Positions 14,829 through 22,767 of a stretch of DNA of 32,000 bases are shown here, one piece after another. The DNA is from Candidatus Nitrosotenuis aquarius. GTDB lineage: Archaea; Thermoproteota; Nitrososphaeria; Nitrososphaerales; Nitrosopumilaceae. The stretch is taken from NCBI RefSeq assembly GCF_002787055.1, contig NZ_CP024808.1, positions 460,328-492,327 of the forward strand, given 5' to 3'. The notes beneath the pieces are model-generated. The model worked only from the letters and a program-made list of their open reading frames with translations, ran no database searches and was not told the origin of the DNA. Made by a program: the position numbers and the translations under genes. Each line of letters starts with the position of its first letter. Position 1 is the first letter of the stretch.

Positions 14829-14850
14829 TTTCAGAATTCGAATTTAGAAA
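14829..14850. repeat. Near-palindromic box copy 4 (TTTCAGAATTCGAATTTAGAAA)
   Basis: Two mismatches to copy 1, with a perfect 10-bp central palindrome AATTCGAATT. It lies 5 nt beyond the 3' CCA end of tRNA-Asn. Confidence 0.75.
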
Positions 14851-14855
14851 GATTA

Positions 14856-14932
14856 TGGCGCCGCCCGTCAGACTTGAACTGACGACCCCCTGATTAACAG
14901 TCAGGCGCTCTACCACGCTGAGCTAGGGCGGC
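14856..14932 (-). tRNA. tRNA-Asn (anticodon GTT), CCA encoded
   Basis: The reverse strand reads GCCGCCCTAGCTCAGCGTGGTAGAGCGCCTGACTGTTAATCAGGGGGTCGTCAGTTCAAGTCTGACGGGCGGCGCCA. The acceptor stem is GCCGCCC/GGGCGGC, the D arm GCTC/GAGC, the anticodon stem CCTGA/TCAGG with loop CTGTTAA, and the T arm GTCAG/CTGAC with loop TTCAAGT. It is much more GC-rich than its surroundings. Confidence 0.95.
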
Positions 14933-14956
14933 ACGAAGATTGTGCTTGGCGCATGC

Positions 14957-14966
14957 GATTTAATTC
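14957..14966 (-). promoter_or_regulatory. TATA-like box (GAATTAAATC on the minus strand) for tRNA-Asn
   Basis: Centred about 29 nt upstream of the tRNA 5' end at 14932. Confidence 0.35.
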
Positions 14967-14995
14967 TTGCGAGTATTGATTGTAAAATGAGAAAA

Positions 14996-15553
14996 TTATT
15001 TTTCTATGCCTTTTGCCTTGTGGTACTGGTATACACCATCTAGGAAGACTCGGTGATCCTTGTTTTTGACTTTGGTCACTGCCTCGATTTCTGCAGCAGT
15101 CTGTGTGACGTCATTTAAGACTGGGCCTGTGATTGTAATGTCGTCGCCTTTTGATACCACCTTTGTTGCGCCGTGGATTTTTGCCACGCGCGGTGCCCGC
15201 TCTCCTTGGAAATTCTCAATTAGTACCAGCTTGTCCTTTGTTTTTACTGTGATTGGAAAGTGCGCATACACAATTTTCATTTTTATGGTGTAGCCATTGA
15301 TTACGCCGTCGCAGAGGTTTCTGACCAGGGACAGTGCGGTGTTTGCAATTGCATAGTATTTTTTTCGAGTGTTGATTGCCTTGATTGATACTTTGCCGTC
15401 AGAGACTGACATTTCGACTGGGATTTTCTTGAAATTCTTGTAGACTTTGCCTAGTGGACCCTCAACTAGTAACATGTGCTTGTTTAGTGTGACTTTGACT
15501 TTTTGAGGCACTTCAAATGTTGTTTGGAATATTTCCTCTTGCTTAGTAGACAT
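14996..15553 (-). CDS. rpl6: 50S ribosomal protein L6
   Basis: 185 aa with a two-repeat L6 pattern (VKVTLNKHMLLVEGPLGK..., YAHFPITV, GERAPR). It is the last gene of the operon. Confidence 0.92.
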   Translation of the reverse strand: MSTKQEEIFQTTFEVPQKVKVTLNKHMLLVEGPLGKVYKNFKKIPVEMSVSDGKVSIKAINTRKKYYAIANTALSLVRNLCDGVINGYTIKMKIVYAHFPITVKTKDKLVLIENFQGERAPRVAKIHGATKVVSKGDDITITGPVLNDVTQTAAEIEAVTKVKNKDHRVFLDGVYQYHKAKGIEK

Positions 15554-15935
15554 ATCCTATTAGAAAACCTCCAATTCCCTTGTTTTGCGCGTCATGGTGC
15601 GACATTATACCCTGGTTTGTAGTTACTACTAGCATTCCTCGGTTGTATGCTGGCAGGTATTGTTGCTCCCACTCGTTGAACTCGCCTTTTTTTACCTTGA
15701 ATCTGGGCGTGATTGCGCCGCATTTTGTGATGTGTGCTAGTAGCTGAATCTTGAATTTGCCGCCTCGCTTGTCTTCTACGTGCTCAAATTCACCGATATA
15801 GTTGTGCTTTTGCAGAGTTTTGAGCACCTCGATTCCTAGCTTTGAGGTTGGCAGTATGACGCATTCGGTTCGTCGTCTTGCCTCGTTATTGTATAACGTG
15901 TTAAATAGATTGGAAAGAATGTTTGTCGCTGGCAT
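15543..15935 (-). CDS. rps8: 30S ribosomal protein S8
   Basis: 130 aa ending GIGGFLIGYVY, with an N-terminal LSNLFNTLYNNEARRR. It sits in the canonical position between S14 and L6. Confidence 0.93.
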   Translation of the reverse strand: MPATNILSNLFNTLYNNEARRRTECVILPTSKLGIEVLKTLQKHNYIGEFEHVEDKRGGKFKIQLLAHITKCGAITPRFKVKKGEFNEWEQQYLPAYNRGMLVVTTNQGIMSHHDAQNKGIGGFLIGYVY

Positions 15936-15942
15936 TGTTTGA

Positions 15943-16119
15943 TCACCGATATTTGTAAAAGCCCAGCGAATTTGCTACTTCCCTGAAGCAACGTCTGCAG
16001 ATCATAAGGTTGTATTTTTGGATTACTGCTGTATAGTCTCCGCATCGCTTGCACCATCGTGAGCCTTTTCCGAATTCGTGCTTGTGTCTTCCAGTATACT
16101 CGTATGATCTGTCCTTCAT
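15943..16119 (-). CDS. rps14: 30S ribosomal protein S14 (zinc-binding type)
   Basis: Below the ORF-track cutoff. My translation gives MKDRSYEYTGRHKHEFGKGSRWCKRCGDYTAVIQKYNLMICRRCFREVANSLGFYKYR (58 aa, CxxC...CxxC). Its ATG overlaps the L5 stop (ATATGA). Confidence 0.85.
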   Translation of the reverse strand: MKDRSYEYTGRHKHEFGKGSRWCKRCGDYTAVIQKYNLMICRRCFREVANSLGFYKYR

Positions 16120-16634
16120 ATGATGGTCACTCCAAACTCCCTAGTTAAGAATTCTTGGGCTTCTTCTCTTGAGATTCTGTGTTCGTGTCCAACTGAGGCC
16201 TTGTGTCTGCTTCTAAGCCTGATGCTAAAGCCCGGTCTTGTTAGCGTGATTGCAACTTCCATTCCAAGGATTCCTATTTGTGGATCGTACTTTATTCCCG
16301 GAATGTCGATGTGCTCTTTGATTCCAAAGGAAACGTTGCCGAAATTATCAAAGGATCTTCCCTTTAGTCGGTTTCCTACTGCCTCTAGCAGTCGTTTTAG
16401 CAGTATGGTTGCGTCTTCGTCTCTTATTGTTACTGCGACTCCGATTGGCTCTCCCTTTCGAACCCCCCAGTCTCGTTGCGTGCCCTTGGCGTCCCGGGAG
16501 CATGATTTTTTGCCAGAGATCTGGTCGAGTGCTCTTTTTGCAATTTCGATCGCATCTCCGGACTTGCCTACACCCATATTGAGGACTACTTTTTCTAGTC
16601 GAATTGTTTTCATTGCGTTTTGTGTTGCCGACAT
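16116..16634 (-). CDS. rpl5: 50S ribosomal protein L5
   Basis: Contains IRLEKVVLNMGVGKSGD and FGIKEHIDIPGIKYDP. ATG at 16634 was chosen; an in-frame GTG at 16643 overlapping the S4e stop is the alternative. Confidence 0.93.
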   Translation of the reverse strand: MSATQNAMKTIRLEKVVLNMGVGKSGDAIEIAKRALDQISGKKSCSRDAKGTQRDWGVRKGEPIGVAVTIRDEDATILLKRLLEAVGNRLKGRSFDNFGNVSFGIKEHIDIPGIKYDPQIGILGMEVAITLTRPGFSIRLRSRHKASVGHEHRISREEAQEFLTREFGVTII

Positions 16635-16639
16635 GATTA

Positions 16640-17356
16640 TCACGCTATTTGGATTACTGGCTCCTTTTTGCCAACCACCATTACAAGATCTGATGGAATT
16701 TCGATTTCACGCTTGCCTAATGATAATAATGCTCTCTTTGGAAGAACGAATGTTCCTTCCTTGATTTCTTTGACGTCCGCTAGTTGTCCTGCGTTTACTC
16801 CTTTGGTTACCAATACTTTGGCGCCTTTTTCCAGCGGAAGTACCTCGTTGATTTTTTGTTCCGGCACCTGCATGAGGCATGAATCTCCAACATTTGCCTT
16901 TGTGTCAGAGACTAGTGAGCGACCATCATGGAATCCTAGTTGGGTTTTGCCCTTTCGAATTGTGGTCTTGCTTGTGACCTTGACTAGCTTGACTGATTTT
17001 TCTGATGACTTTATCTTGATTGGCTCTAGTATGTGGCCCTGCTTTGGGACCAGTCTGTAAATGTCTTGGACTCCTGCTAGCTCCACAACATCCATCAGTC
17101 CGATTCCGTGGTGGACTGACTTTCTTTTTACTCCGTCAACTGATACCTTGCCGTTGTATATGGCATATTCTGCCTCTCTTGCTGTTGTGACCAGTTTTAG
17201 TGTGTCCCGGAGGAAGACTGCGCTAGGAATTGAGAAATTCTTTGAATGTGGTCCTGGTCGTACCGTTGTTACAAATCTTGGGCTCTTTCTGGTTATGCCC
17301 CAAAACATTGGAGCCATTTGTCTTTTGAGTTTCTTGCTTCCTGCTATTCGTGGCAT
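16640..17356 (-). CDS. rps4e: 30S ribosomal protein S4e
   Basis: 238 aa starting MPRIAGSKKLKRQMAPMFWGITRK, with PGPHS. This is an archaeal/eukaryotic-only ribosomal protein. Confidence 0.93.
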   Translation of the reverse strand: MPRIAGSKKLKRQMAPMFWGITRKSPRFVTTVRPGPHSKNFSIPSAVFLRDTLKLVTTAREAEYAIYNGKVSVDGVKRKSVHHGIGLMDVVELAGVQDIYRLVPKQGHILEPIKIKSSEKSVKLVKVTSKTTIRKGKTQLGFHDGRSLVSDTKANVGDSCLMQVPEQKINEVLPLEKGAKVLVTKGVNAGQLADVKEIKEGTFVLPKRALLSLGKREIEIPSDLVMVVGKKEPVIQIA

Positions 17357-17827
17357 TTACTTACTCTCCTTTTTTGGTTTGGCTGCTTTTGTTTCTTTGT
17401 CTTGCTTTTCTTTTTTTGGCGCTTCTGCTTTTGGTGTTGGTTTTGGAGCTGCTGGCTTTGCTTCCTTTGCTGGCTTGGTTGATTTGCCTTCCAGCTTTGC
17501 TGCTCGCCACTTGTCCTCGGTGTTTAGATCAGTTACTATAACATTTGATGTGTGTATGAATACGTCTAGGTTTCCGCCCTTTAGTTTTTCTTTTTTGATT
17601 CCTTCAACTGCGACTCCATTTTTCATGGCAGAAACTCGAGTTACTTTTCCAGAGACTCCCTTGAATTCCCCTCGAACCACTTTTACCGTATCGCCTTCGG
17701 TTACTCGGACGCTTCGCTTGTGGTATTTGTTTTTGAGGTCCTTGGAGAGATGGCCGCAGAGAAGCTTGCTTCTAAGAGACTGAGATGCTTGGTAAATTGT
17801 CCTGTTGCGGATTGTAGTTGGTTTCAT
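17357..17827 (-). CDS. rpl24: 50S ribosomal protein L24 with a Lys/Pro/Ala-rich C-terminal extension
   Basis: The KOW region is VRVTEGDTVKVVRGEFKGVSGKVTRV. The C-terminal approximately 45 aa are KPAKEAKPAAPKPTPKAEAPKKEKQDKETKAAKPKKESK. Confidence 0.92.
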   Translation of the reverse strand: MKPTTIRNRTIYQASQSLRSKLLCGHLSKDLKNKYHKRSVRVTEGDTVKVVRGEFKGVSGKVTRVSAMKNGVAVEGIKKEKLKGGNLDVFIHTSNVIVTDLNTEDKWRAAKLEGKSTKPAKEAKPAAPKPTPKAEAPKKEKQDKETKAAKPKKESK

Positions 17828-17831
17828 TGTG

Positions 17832-18269
17832 TTATACCACCATTGATGCCAGGTTTGCTACTCTTGGCCATTTCTCGGATGCTTCGGCTGCTACTGGTCC
17901 TTTGATGTCGGTTCCCTTGATTTCGCCTTCTGGCGTTACAAGTACTGCGGCATTGTCCTCAAATGAGACACGGACTCCATTTAATCTTCTAATTGGATAC
18001 TTTTGTCTAATGATTACTGCACCAAAGATCTGTTTTCTGAGCTCTGCTGGTCCTTTCTTTACTACAACATTTACAAAGTCGCCGACTGCCGCAGATGGAT
18101 ATCGAGATGTTCTTGTCTTTGCTCTCTTTACCATGATTATTTCCAAGATTTTTGCGCCGGTGTTGTCTGCACATGTGATCCTAGCGCCCAGTGGTAGTGC
18201 GCGGGTTACATATGGTCGGAATTCCTGTACGCCCTTTGCGGATACTGCGCGGGATTTTCCTGTAGACAT
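17832..18269 (-). CDS. rpl14: 50S ribosomal protein L14
   Basis: 145 aa containing ITCADNTGAK and ending NLASMVV. Confidence 0.94.
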   Translation of the reverse strand: MSTGKSRAVSAKGVQEFRPYVTRALPLGARITCADNTGAKILEIIMVKRAKTRTSRYPSAAVGDFVNVVVKKGPAELRKQIFGAVIIRQKYPIRRLNGVRVSFEDNAAVLVTPEGEIKGTDIKGPVAAEASEKWPRVANLASMVV

Positions 18270-18270
18270 T

Positions 18271-18570
18271 TTATGACTTGACCTCCACTACTACAAATGA
18301 TACTGACTTTGCAATTGGCCTGCATTCTGCAGCAACTACAATGTCGCCTTCTTTGATTTCTTGTTTAGCTGACTTGTAAGCATGGATTGTGCTTGTGCTT
18401 CTTGCGTATCGTTTTGTCTTGGTGATATACAGTGGGTTTTCTCGCTGGATAACTACTGTGTTTTTGTTCTTGGCGCTGACTACTTTACCTTCGAATAGCT
18501 TGCCTCTGACGCTGAGGTGCTCGCCGTTGTCAGTTATGATTCCTTTGTAGACTTTGGGTTGTTCTGTCAT
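18271..18570 (-). CDS. rps17: 30S ribosomal protein S17
   Basis: 99 aa containing GKVVSAKNKNTVVIQRE and GDIVVAAECRPIAKSVSFVV. Confidence 0.93.
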   Translation of the reverse strand: MTEQPKVYKGIITDNGEHLSVRGKLFEGKVVSAKNKNTVVIQRENPLYITKTKRYARSTSTIHAYKSAKQEIKEGDIVVAAECRPIAKSVSFVVVEVKS

Positions 18571-18812
18571 GCTTTCACCTTTATTCTGTCCTCTGGTCTT
18601 TTTGCTATTAGATTGCCATTAATGACTTGATCGTTTGCAAACTTCCATGAGGTGTGCTGTTTTGGGATGGTTTTTTGGCCATGGTTTGTGTTAATTGTAA
18701 AGGTTTGCTGAGTTTCAAATGCGATTTTACCATTTAGGCCAATCAGTGATGTGTTATTCGAGTCTACAATTTCTGTGTGCAATCCAATGAATTCGGAGTT
18801 TAGTGCCATCAT
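18567..18812 (-). CDS. rnp1: Ribonuclease P protein component 1 (Rpp29/Pop4-like)
   Basis: 81 aa containing FIGLHTEIVDSNNTSLIGLNGKIAFETQQTF (Sm-like Rpp29 core). It sits in the conserved archaeal position between L29 and S17, with ATGA overlaps on both sides. Confidence 0.75.
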   Translation of the reverse strand: MMALNSEFIGLHTEIVDSNNTSLIGLNGKIAFETQQTFTINTNHGQKTIPKQHTSWKFANDQVINGNLIAKRPEDRIKVKA

Positions 18813-19012
18813 TGCTTTTTCATCTCGTTTAGTCTTGTGAGCATTCTTGCGATTTCTTTTCGCAGTGCACGAATTTTGCCGGATTCCTTGCGCAGAGTTC
18901 CCTTTGCGGCATCGGTTCTCATCTTTGCAAGCTCGACTCGTGATTGCTCTAGTCTTGACTTAAGATCAACCTCGTTTAGCTCTCTGATTGACCTCATCTT
19001 TAATTGGGCCAT
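18809..19012 (-). CDS. rpl29: 50S ribosomal protein L29
   Basis: 67 aa containing IRELNEVDLKSRLEQSRVELAKMR. Confidence 0.92.
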   Translation of the reverse strand: MAQLKMRSIRELNEVDLKSRLEQSRVELAKMRTDAAKGTLRKESGKIRALRKEIARMLTRLNEMKKQ

Positions 19013-19013
19013 T

Positions 19014-19751
19014 TTACTTTAGTTTCTCCTCCACTTCTTCCATGAGATCCATTTGCTCAATCTTTTCCTGGTCGAGTTTGACTTGCTCGCTTTCTGTTCT
19101 TGCGATACGTTCCGATTCCTCTTTTGCCAGTCTGATTTCGCGCTCTTCTTTGGTTTCTTTTTTGCCCTTTAGCTCAAATTCTGGAATGTATCTTTCCTTT
19201 CTTGCAATTCTGATTCTAACGCCGATGTAGCCCATAGGGGTTGGAATCGGTGTTGTGTCTTCGTCAACTATGATGCTTGCAGAGTGGCCTGCTCGTGGTA
19301 AAACTCCCAGCGAGTGTTTTTCAAAGGATGAACGGTCACCTCGAAGTTTGCCTGAAACTGTGATCTGGACTCCCATTGCGCCAGCATTCATGATTTGTTG
19401 CAGTGTCCACATTGTTGCTCTTCTAAATGCTGTTCCTCGCTCGATTAGCTGCGCCAGTCTGTTGCACATGACACTTGCGGTAAGCTCTGGCTGTGAAATT
19501 TCATTTACTGCTATTTGTGGGCTTTTTAGGCCGAATCTTTTCTCCAGAGTTTCGGTTAGTTCTCTGATTCCGGTTCCTTTTCTACCAATTACGATACCGG
19601 GTCGTGTTACATGTAGTACAACTCTAGTGCCAGTTGGAGTTTTGGAAATCTCAACGTGTGAGAATCCTGCCTCTTTGATTGCACTTCGGAGATAATCTTT
19701 GAGAAGCATCATGTTGTAGTTGTCTTTGATTACATTTTTGACTGAAGACAT
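19014..19751 (-). CDS. rps3: 30S ribosomal protein S3
   Basis: 245 aa with a KH domain ([26 protein letters not shown]) and a C-terminal Glu/Lys-rich tail. Confidence 0.94.
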   Translation of the reverse strand: MSSVKNVIKDNYNMMLLKDYLRSAIKEAGFSHVEISKTPTGTRVVLHVTRPGIVIGRKGTGIRELTETLEKRFGLKSPQIAVNEISQPELTASVMCNRLAQLIERGTAFRRATMWTLQQIMNAGAMGVQITVSGKLRGDRSSFEKHSLGVLPRAGHSASIIVDEDTTPIPTPMGYIGVRIRIARKERYIPEFELKGKKETKEEREIRLAKEESERIARTESEQVKLDQEKIEQMDLMEEVEEKLK

Positions 19752-19755
19752 TTTT

Positions 19756-20214
19756 CTAAACCTCTTGAGCCACCAGCTCGACGTGTGTTAGGACGTTGTT
19801 CTTTGGAGTTGCCCTGCCTTGTGCTCTTGGAGTGAATCGCTTGATTAGAACACCCTTGTGTGTATTTGCAGAAATGATTTTGAGTCTGTCCAAGTCCATT
19901 CCCTTGTACTCGGCATTTGCTTCCAGATTATCCAGTAACTTGATGAATTCCTCAGCAGCCTTTCTTGGGTAACGACCAGACATTACGCCAGTGTCAGAGC
20001 GGTGTCCTACTTCGTTTTTGTATCTTCTAAATGGGACTGCTCTTTTCAGTGAGATTACTTCTTGTAATGCATCTCGTGCCTTTTCAATAGACATGCCTTT
20101 GATCATTTTGGCTACCTCACGTGCATGCTTGTGAGAGAATGATTTTTCTCGAATTGATGCTCTGACGTGTTTTGTCGAGTCAAAGTTTTGAAAAGCGTAA
20201 CCAAAGTCTGGCAT
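19756..20214 (-). CDS. rpl22: 50S ribosomal protein L22
   Basis: Contains [17 protein letters not shown] and [13 protein letters not shown] at 20214 was chosen; an in-frame GTG at 20223 overlapping the S19 stop is the alternative. Confidence 0.92.
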   Translation of the reverse strand: MPDFGYAFQNFDSTKHVRASIREKSFSHKHAREVAKMIKGMSIEKARDALQEVISLKRAVPFRRYKNEVGHRSDTGVMSGRYPRKAAEEFIKLLDNLEANAEYKGMDLDRLKIISANTHKGVLIKRFTPRAQGRATPKNNVLTHVELVAQEV

Positions 20215-20219
20215 AGTAA

Positions 20220-20615
20220 TCACTTTAATGGTACATACAAGCTGGATCTTGATGCTCCGACGCCAGGTGCACCGTGAACGACTCGCTTGTTTGTTCTAAC
20301 ATATTCGCCGATAAAGTGGCCAATCATTTGTGGTGTGATTGTTACTGGAACGAATTCCTTTCCAGAAAATACGTTAACTGTTACTCCTACCATGTATGGC
20401 AGTACAATAAGATCTCGGATGTGTGTCTTGATTGGATTCTTGGACTTGCCTGCCTTGTCCGCCTTGATCTCTTCAATTAGTTTTCTTTTGCCGTCGGTGA
20501 TTCCACGGGTAAGGGATCGTCTTGCTCTCGCTGGGAATAGCTCGAATAATTTTTCTAGCGACATGTTTTGGAGTTGATCCAATGGAATGCCCCTATAGTC
20601 GAATTCCTTAACCAT
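20220..20615 (-). CDS. rps19: 30S ribosomal protein S19
   Basis: 131 aa containing THIRDLIVLPYMVGVTVNVFSGKEFVPV and GEYVRTNKRVVHGAPG. Confidence 0.94.
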   Translation of the reverse strand: MVKEFDYRGIPLDQLQNMSLEKLFELFPARARRSLTRGITDGKRKLIEEIKADKAGKSKNPIKTHIRDLIVLPYMVGVTVNVFSGKEFVPVTITPQMIGHFIGEYVRTNKRVVHGAPGVGASRSSLYVPLK

Positions 20616-20653
20616 TTATTGACACCTGTAGGTTTGAATTTTTGCGGTCCATA

Positions 20654-20920
20654 TTATAGCATTCCTATCTTTGTTGCAAGGTCGCGTGCTTTTTCGACAG
20701 TTTCAAATTTGACAAACGCTTTTTTGCCAGAAATTGTTCTTGCGGTATTGACATCAATTGCGTTTTCTTCGTATAGTATCTTGATTGCCTCTTTGATTGT
20801 CGCCTTGCTTGCGTCCTTGTCGACAATAAAGCAGATCCTGTTGTCTTTTTCAATTAGCGAGAATGTCTTTTCTGTGACGTATGGTCTTAGAATTATTTTT
20901 GTTGCTTGTGTGGTATTCAT
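20654..20920 (-). CDS. rpl23: 50S ribosomal protein L23
   Basis: 88 aa containing ILRPYVTEKTFSLIE and KKAFVKF. Confidence 0.92.
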   Translation of the reverse strand: MNTTQATKIILRPYVTEKTFSLIEKDNRICFIVDKDASKATIKEAIKILYEENAIDVNTARTISGKKAFVKFETVEKARDLATKIGML

Positions 20921-21726
20921 TGTAGTGCCTCCATAAGTTCAAGATGGCGTGACTTTAGGTTTCCAATTTCGTTTATTGCCCCCTTGGTGTAAACTGTTAA
21001 TCTAACTAGACTAGAACCTGGAGCCAAGTCTAGGATGGATAGATCACTTACTGCTCTCACATCTACTCCTAGGAATGCACCGCATGCCTTGGATAGGGAT
21101 TTTGCGTCTTTGGTTACAAAGAGAATTGATTTGCCCGTCTTTGTTTTTCTTCCTCTAATGGATGATCTGCCAGAACGTGCCTTTCTTTTTTCTAGTCGCT
21201 CAATGTCACCAGACAACTTTAGTGCAGACAGCACCTTGGAGATTTCTTTTGCTTTAGAGATCTTTTCAATGTCATCAGATACTATTACTGGAAATGATTC
21301 AATTCCCTTGATGATGTGTCCTCGTGAGGAGACCAAGTCCTTTGAAGCAGTAGCTGCAATTGCAGAACATAGCGCTAGTCGTTTTTCTTGTTTGTTTAGT
21401 TTCTTGTAGACTATTTTTTCAGATGTTGGGGGGTGTGCTTGTCTTCCGCCTCTGACCATTGCGACTTTGGCAGCTTGTCCACGTCTTGGACCGCCGCCAC
21501 GAATTCTTGCAACTCTTGCTTGGCCGTGACCTGTTGGCGGATCGTTTGATGCAGCAACTGTGTTTTGCCCAGCAGAGGGCATTCTTCCCTGTCTTTGGTA
21601 GTGGTGAGAGTCCAAGTTGACAAATGCTCGATGAATTAGATCCTTGTTTACTGGTGTTGAGAATACCATTGGCAACTCGATTTCATCTTGCTTTGTGCCA
21701 GTCAGTGACAGTGTTTGTGTTTTCAT
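20917..21726 (-). CDS. rpl4: 50S ribosomal protein L4
   Basis: 269 aa containing GHGQARVARIRGGGPRRGQAAKVAMVRGGRQAHPP. Confidence 0.94.
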   Translation of the reverse strand: MKTQTLSLTGTKQDEIELPMVFSTPVNKDLIHRAFVNLDSHHYQRQGRMPSAGQNTVAASNDPPTGHGQARVARIRGGGPRRGQAAKVAMVRGGRQAHPPTSEKIVYKKLNKQEKRLALCSAIAATASKDLVSSRGHIIKGIESFPVIVSDDIEKISKAKEISKVLSALKLSGDIERLEKRKARSGRSSIRGRKTKTGKSILFVTKDAKSLSKACGAFLGVDVRAVSDLSILDLAPGSSLVRLTVYTKGAINEIGNLKSRHLELMEALQ

Positions 21727-22715
21727 ACTACAATCTCCAATATGTTTGGCTTGAGAACTTTGTTTGGAACATTTCTTACTTGGGTTCTAAGTTTTACTAG
21801 TCTTCGGTATGTTCCTGGAACTGAGCCTTTGAGAACCACAAAGTCGCCGTTGACAAACCCATAGTGTTTGTATCCGCCAGTTGGGTTGATTTTGAAATCG
21901 TCTTTGTCGGTGTTACTCATGATCATGATTCGTTTGTTGTATTCTACTCTTTGATGGAAACCACGCTGGCCTGCGCGAGGTACGGTGTACATGATGCTAG
22001 ACGGTGAGATTGGACCCAATGTGCCAAGAGCTCGAACTGACTTTCTTGATTTGTGCTGCTTTTTCTTGACACCCCATCTTGTGATTGGACCTTCCCATCC
22101 TTTGCCTTTGGTAATTGATGCTACATCAACGCTTGAGCCAAGCTCAAAGACTTCTTCTACTTTGACTTGCTTTCCAAAGAGAGATTTTAGAAAATCAAAT
22201 TGTTTTTTGAGGTCGCCACCTTTTACTGCAACTTCAAAAACATATGGCTTCTTTTGTGAGATTCCTGCATTGTTTGGCAGTACTGCGACAATTGCATATA
22301 GTTCACTTGTGCGATTTAGCATTTTTTCTGCTCGCTCTAGTGTTCCTTCTTTTGGTTTTAGTGTGAATAATCTTGAAACTTCTTTTGGCATATCGTTAGA
22401 ATAGACGTCAAATAATGCATGTGCACCATCAATGTCTTCATAATATCCGCGAATTCCAATTACTGAGATTGGTGGTGTTGCAACTACAGTACCAAGGCTG
22501 ACTAGTTGTTTTCCATGGTTTGGTGTTTTTTCTCTATCATCAATGCTTACAATTTGGATGCATCCGACTTTGAATCCAGCATAGCCCAAAAGCTTTGGCT
22601 GCTCAGATACAATGTCCGGCCAGGTTCTGATTCTTGGTTCCATGCTTTTGGCACGTCCTCTAGGCAGATATGCAAGACTACCACGGCGTGGCTGGCTGTG
22701 TTTTCTATGACCCAT
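21723..22715 (-). CDS. rpl3: 50S ribosomal protein L3
   Basis: 330 aa starting MGHRKHSQPRRGSLAYLPRGRA and containing ITKGKGWEGPITRWGV. It is the first gene of the operon. Confidence 0.95.
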   Translation of the reverse strand: MGHRKHSQPRRGSLAYLPRGRAKSMEPRIRTWPDIVSEQPKLLGYAGFKVGCIQIVSIDDREKTPNHGKQLVSLGTVVATPPISVIGIRGYYEDIDGAHALFDVYSNDMPKEVSRLFTLKPKEGTLERAEKMLNRTSELYAIVAVLPNNAGISQKKPYVFEVAVKGGDLKKQFDFLKSLFGKQVKVEEVFELGSSVDVASITKGKGWEGPITRWGVKKKQHKSRKSVRALGTLGPISPSSIMYTVPRAGQRGFHQRVEYNKRIMIMSNTDKDDFKINPTGGYKHYGFVNGDFVVLKGSVPGTYRRLVKLRTQVRNVPNKVLKPNILEIVV

Positions 22716-22742
22716 GGATAATCGAAAACAATTGTTAACCCC

Positions 22743-22751
22743 ATTATATAC
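22743..22751 (-). promoter_or_regulatory. TATA-like box (GTATATAAT on the minus strand) of the ribosomal protein operon
   Basis: Centred about 32 nt upstream of the L3 ATG at 22715, in an otherwise gene-free gap. Confidence 0.4.
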
Positions 22752-22767
22752 CTAAAGATAACGAATG

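Noticed and set aside
13050-14850. CRISPR-like array interpretation of the ~30-bp repeats
   Set aside because: Spacing between copies is 311, 1386 and 82 bp with complete genes in between. There are no regular 30-40 bp spacers and no cas genes in the window.
16120-18276. Long plus-strand ORFs (16120-16764, 16620-17060, 17061-17783, 17818-18276; also 19255-19695, 20568-20936, 21035-21409, 21985-22404) antisense to the ribosomal operon
   Set aside because: Each lies opposite a minus-strand ORF with unmistakable ribosomal-protein sequence. Their products are low-complexity, Ser/Leu/Phe/Cys-rich and have no motifs, so they are shadow ORFs.
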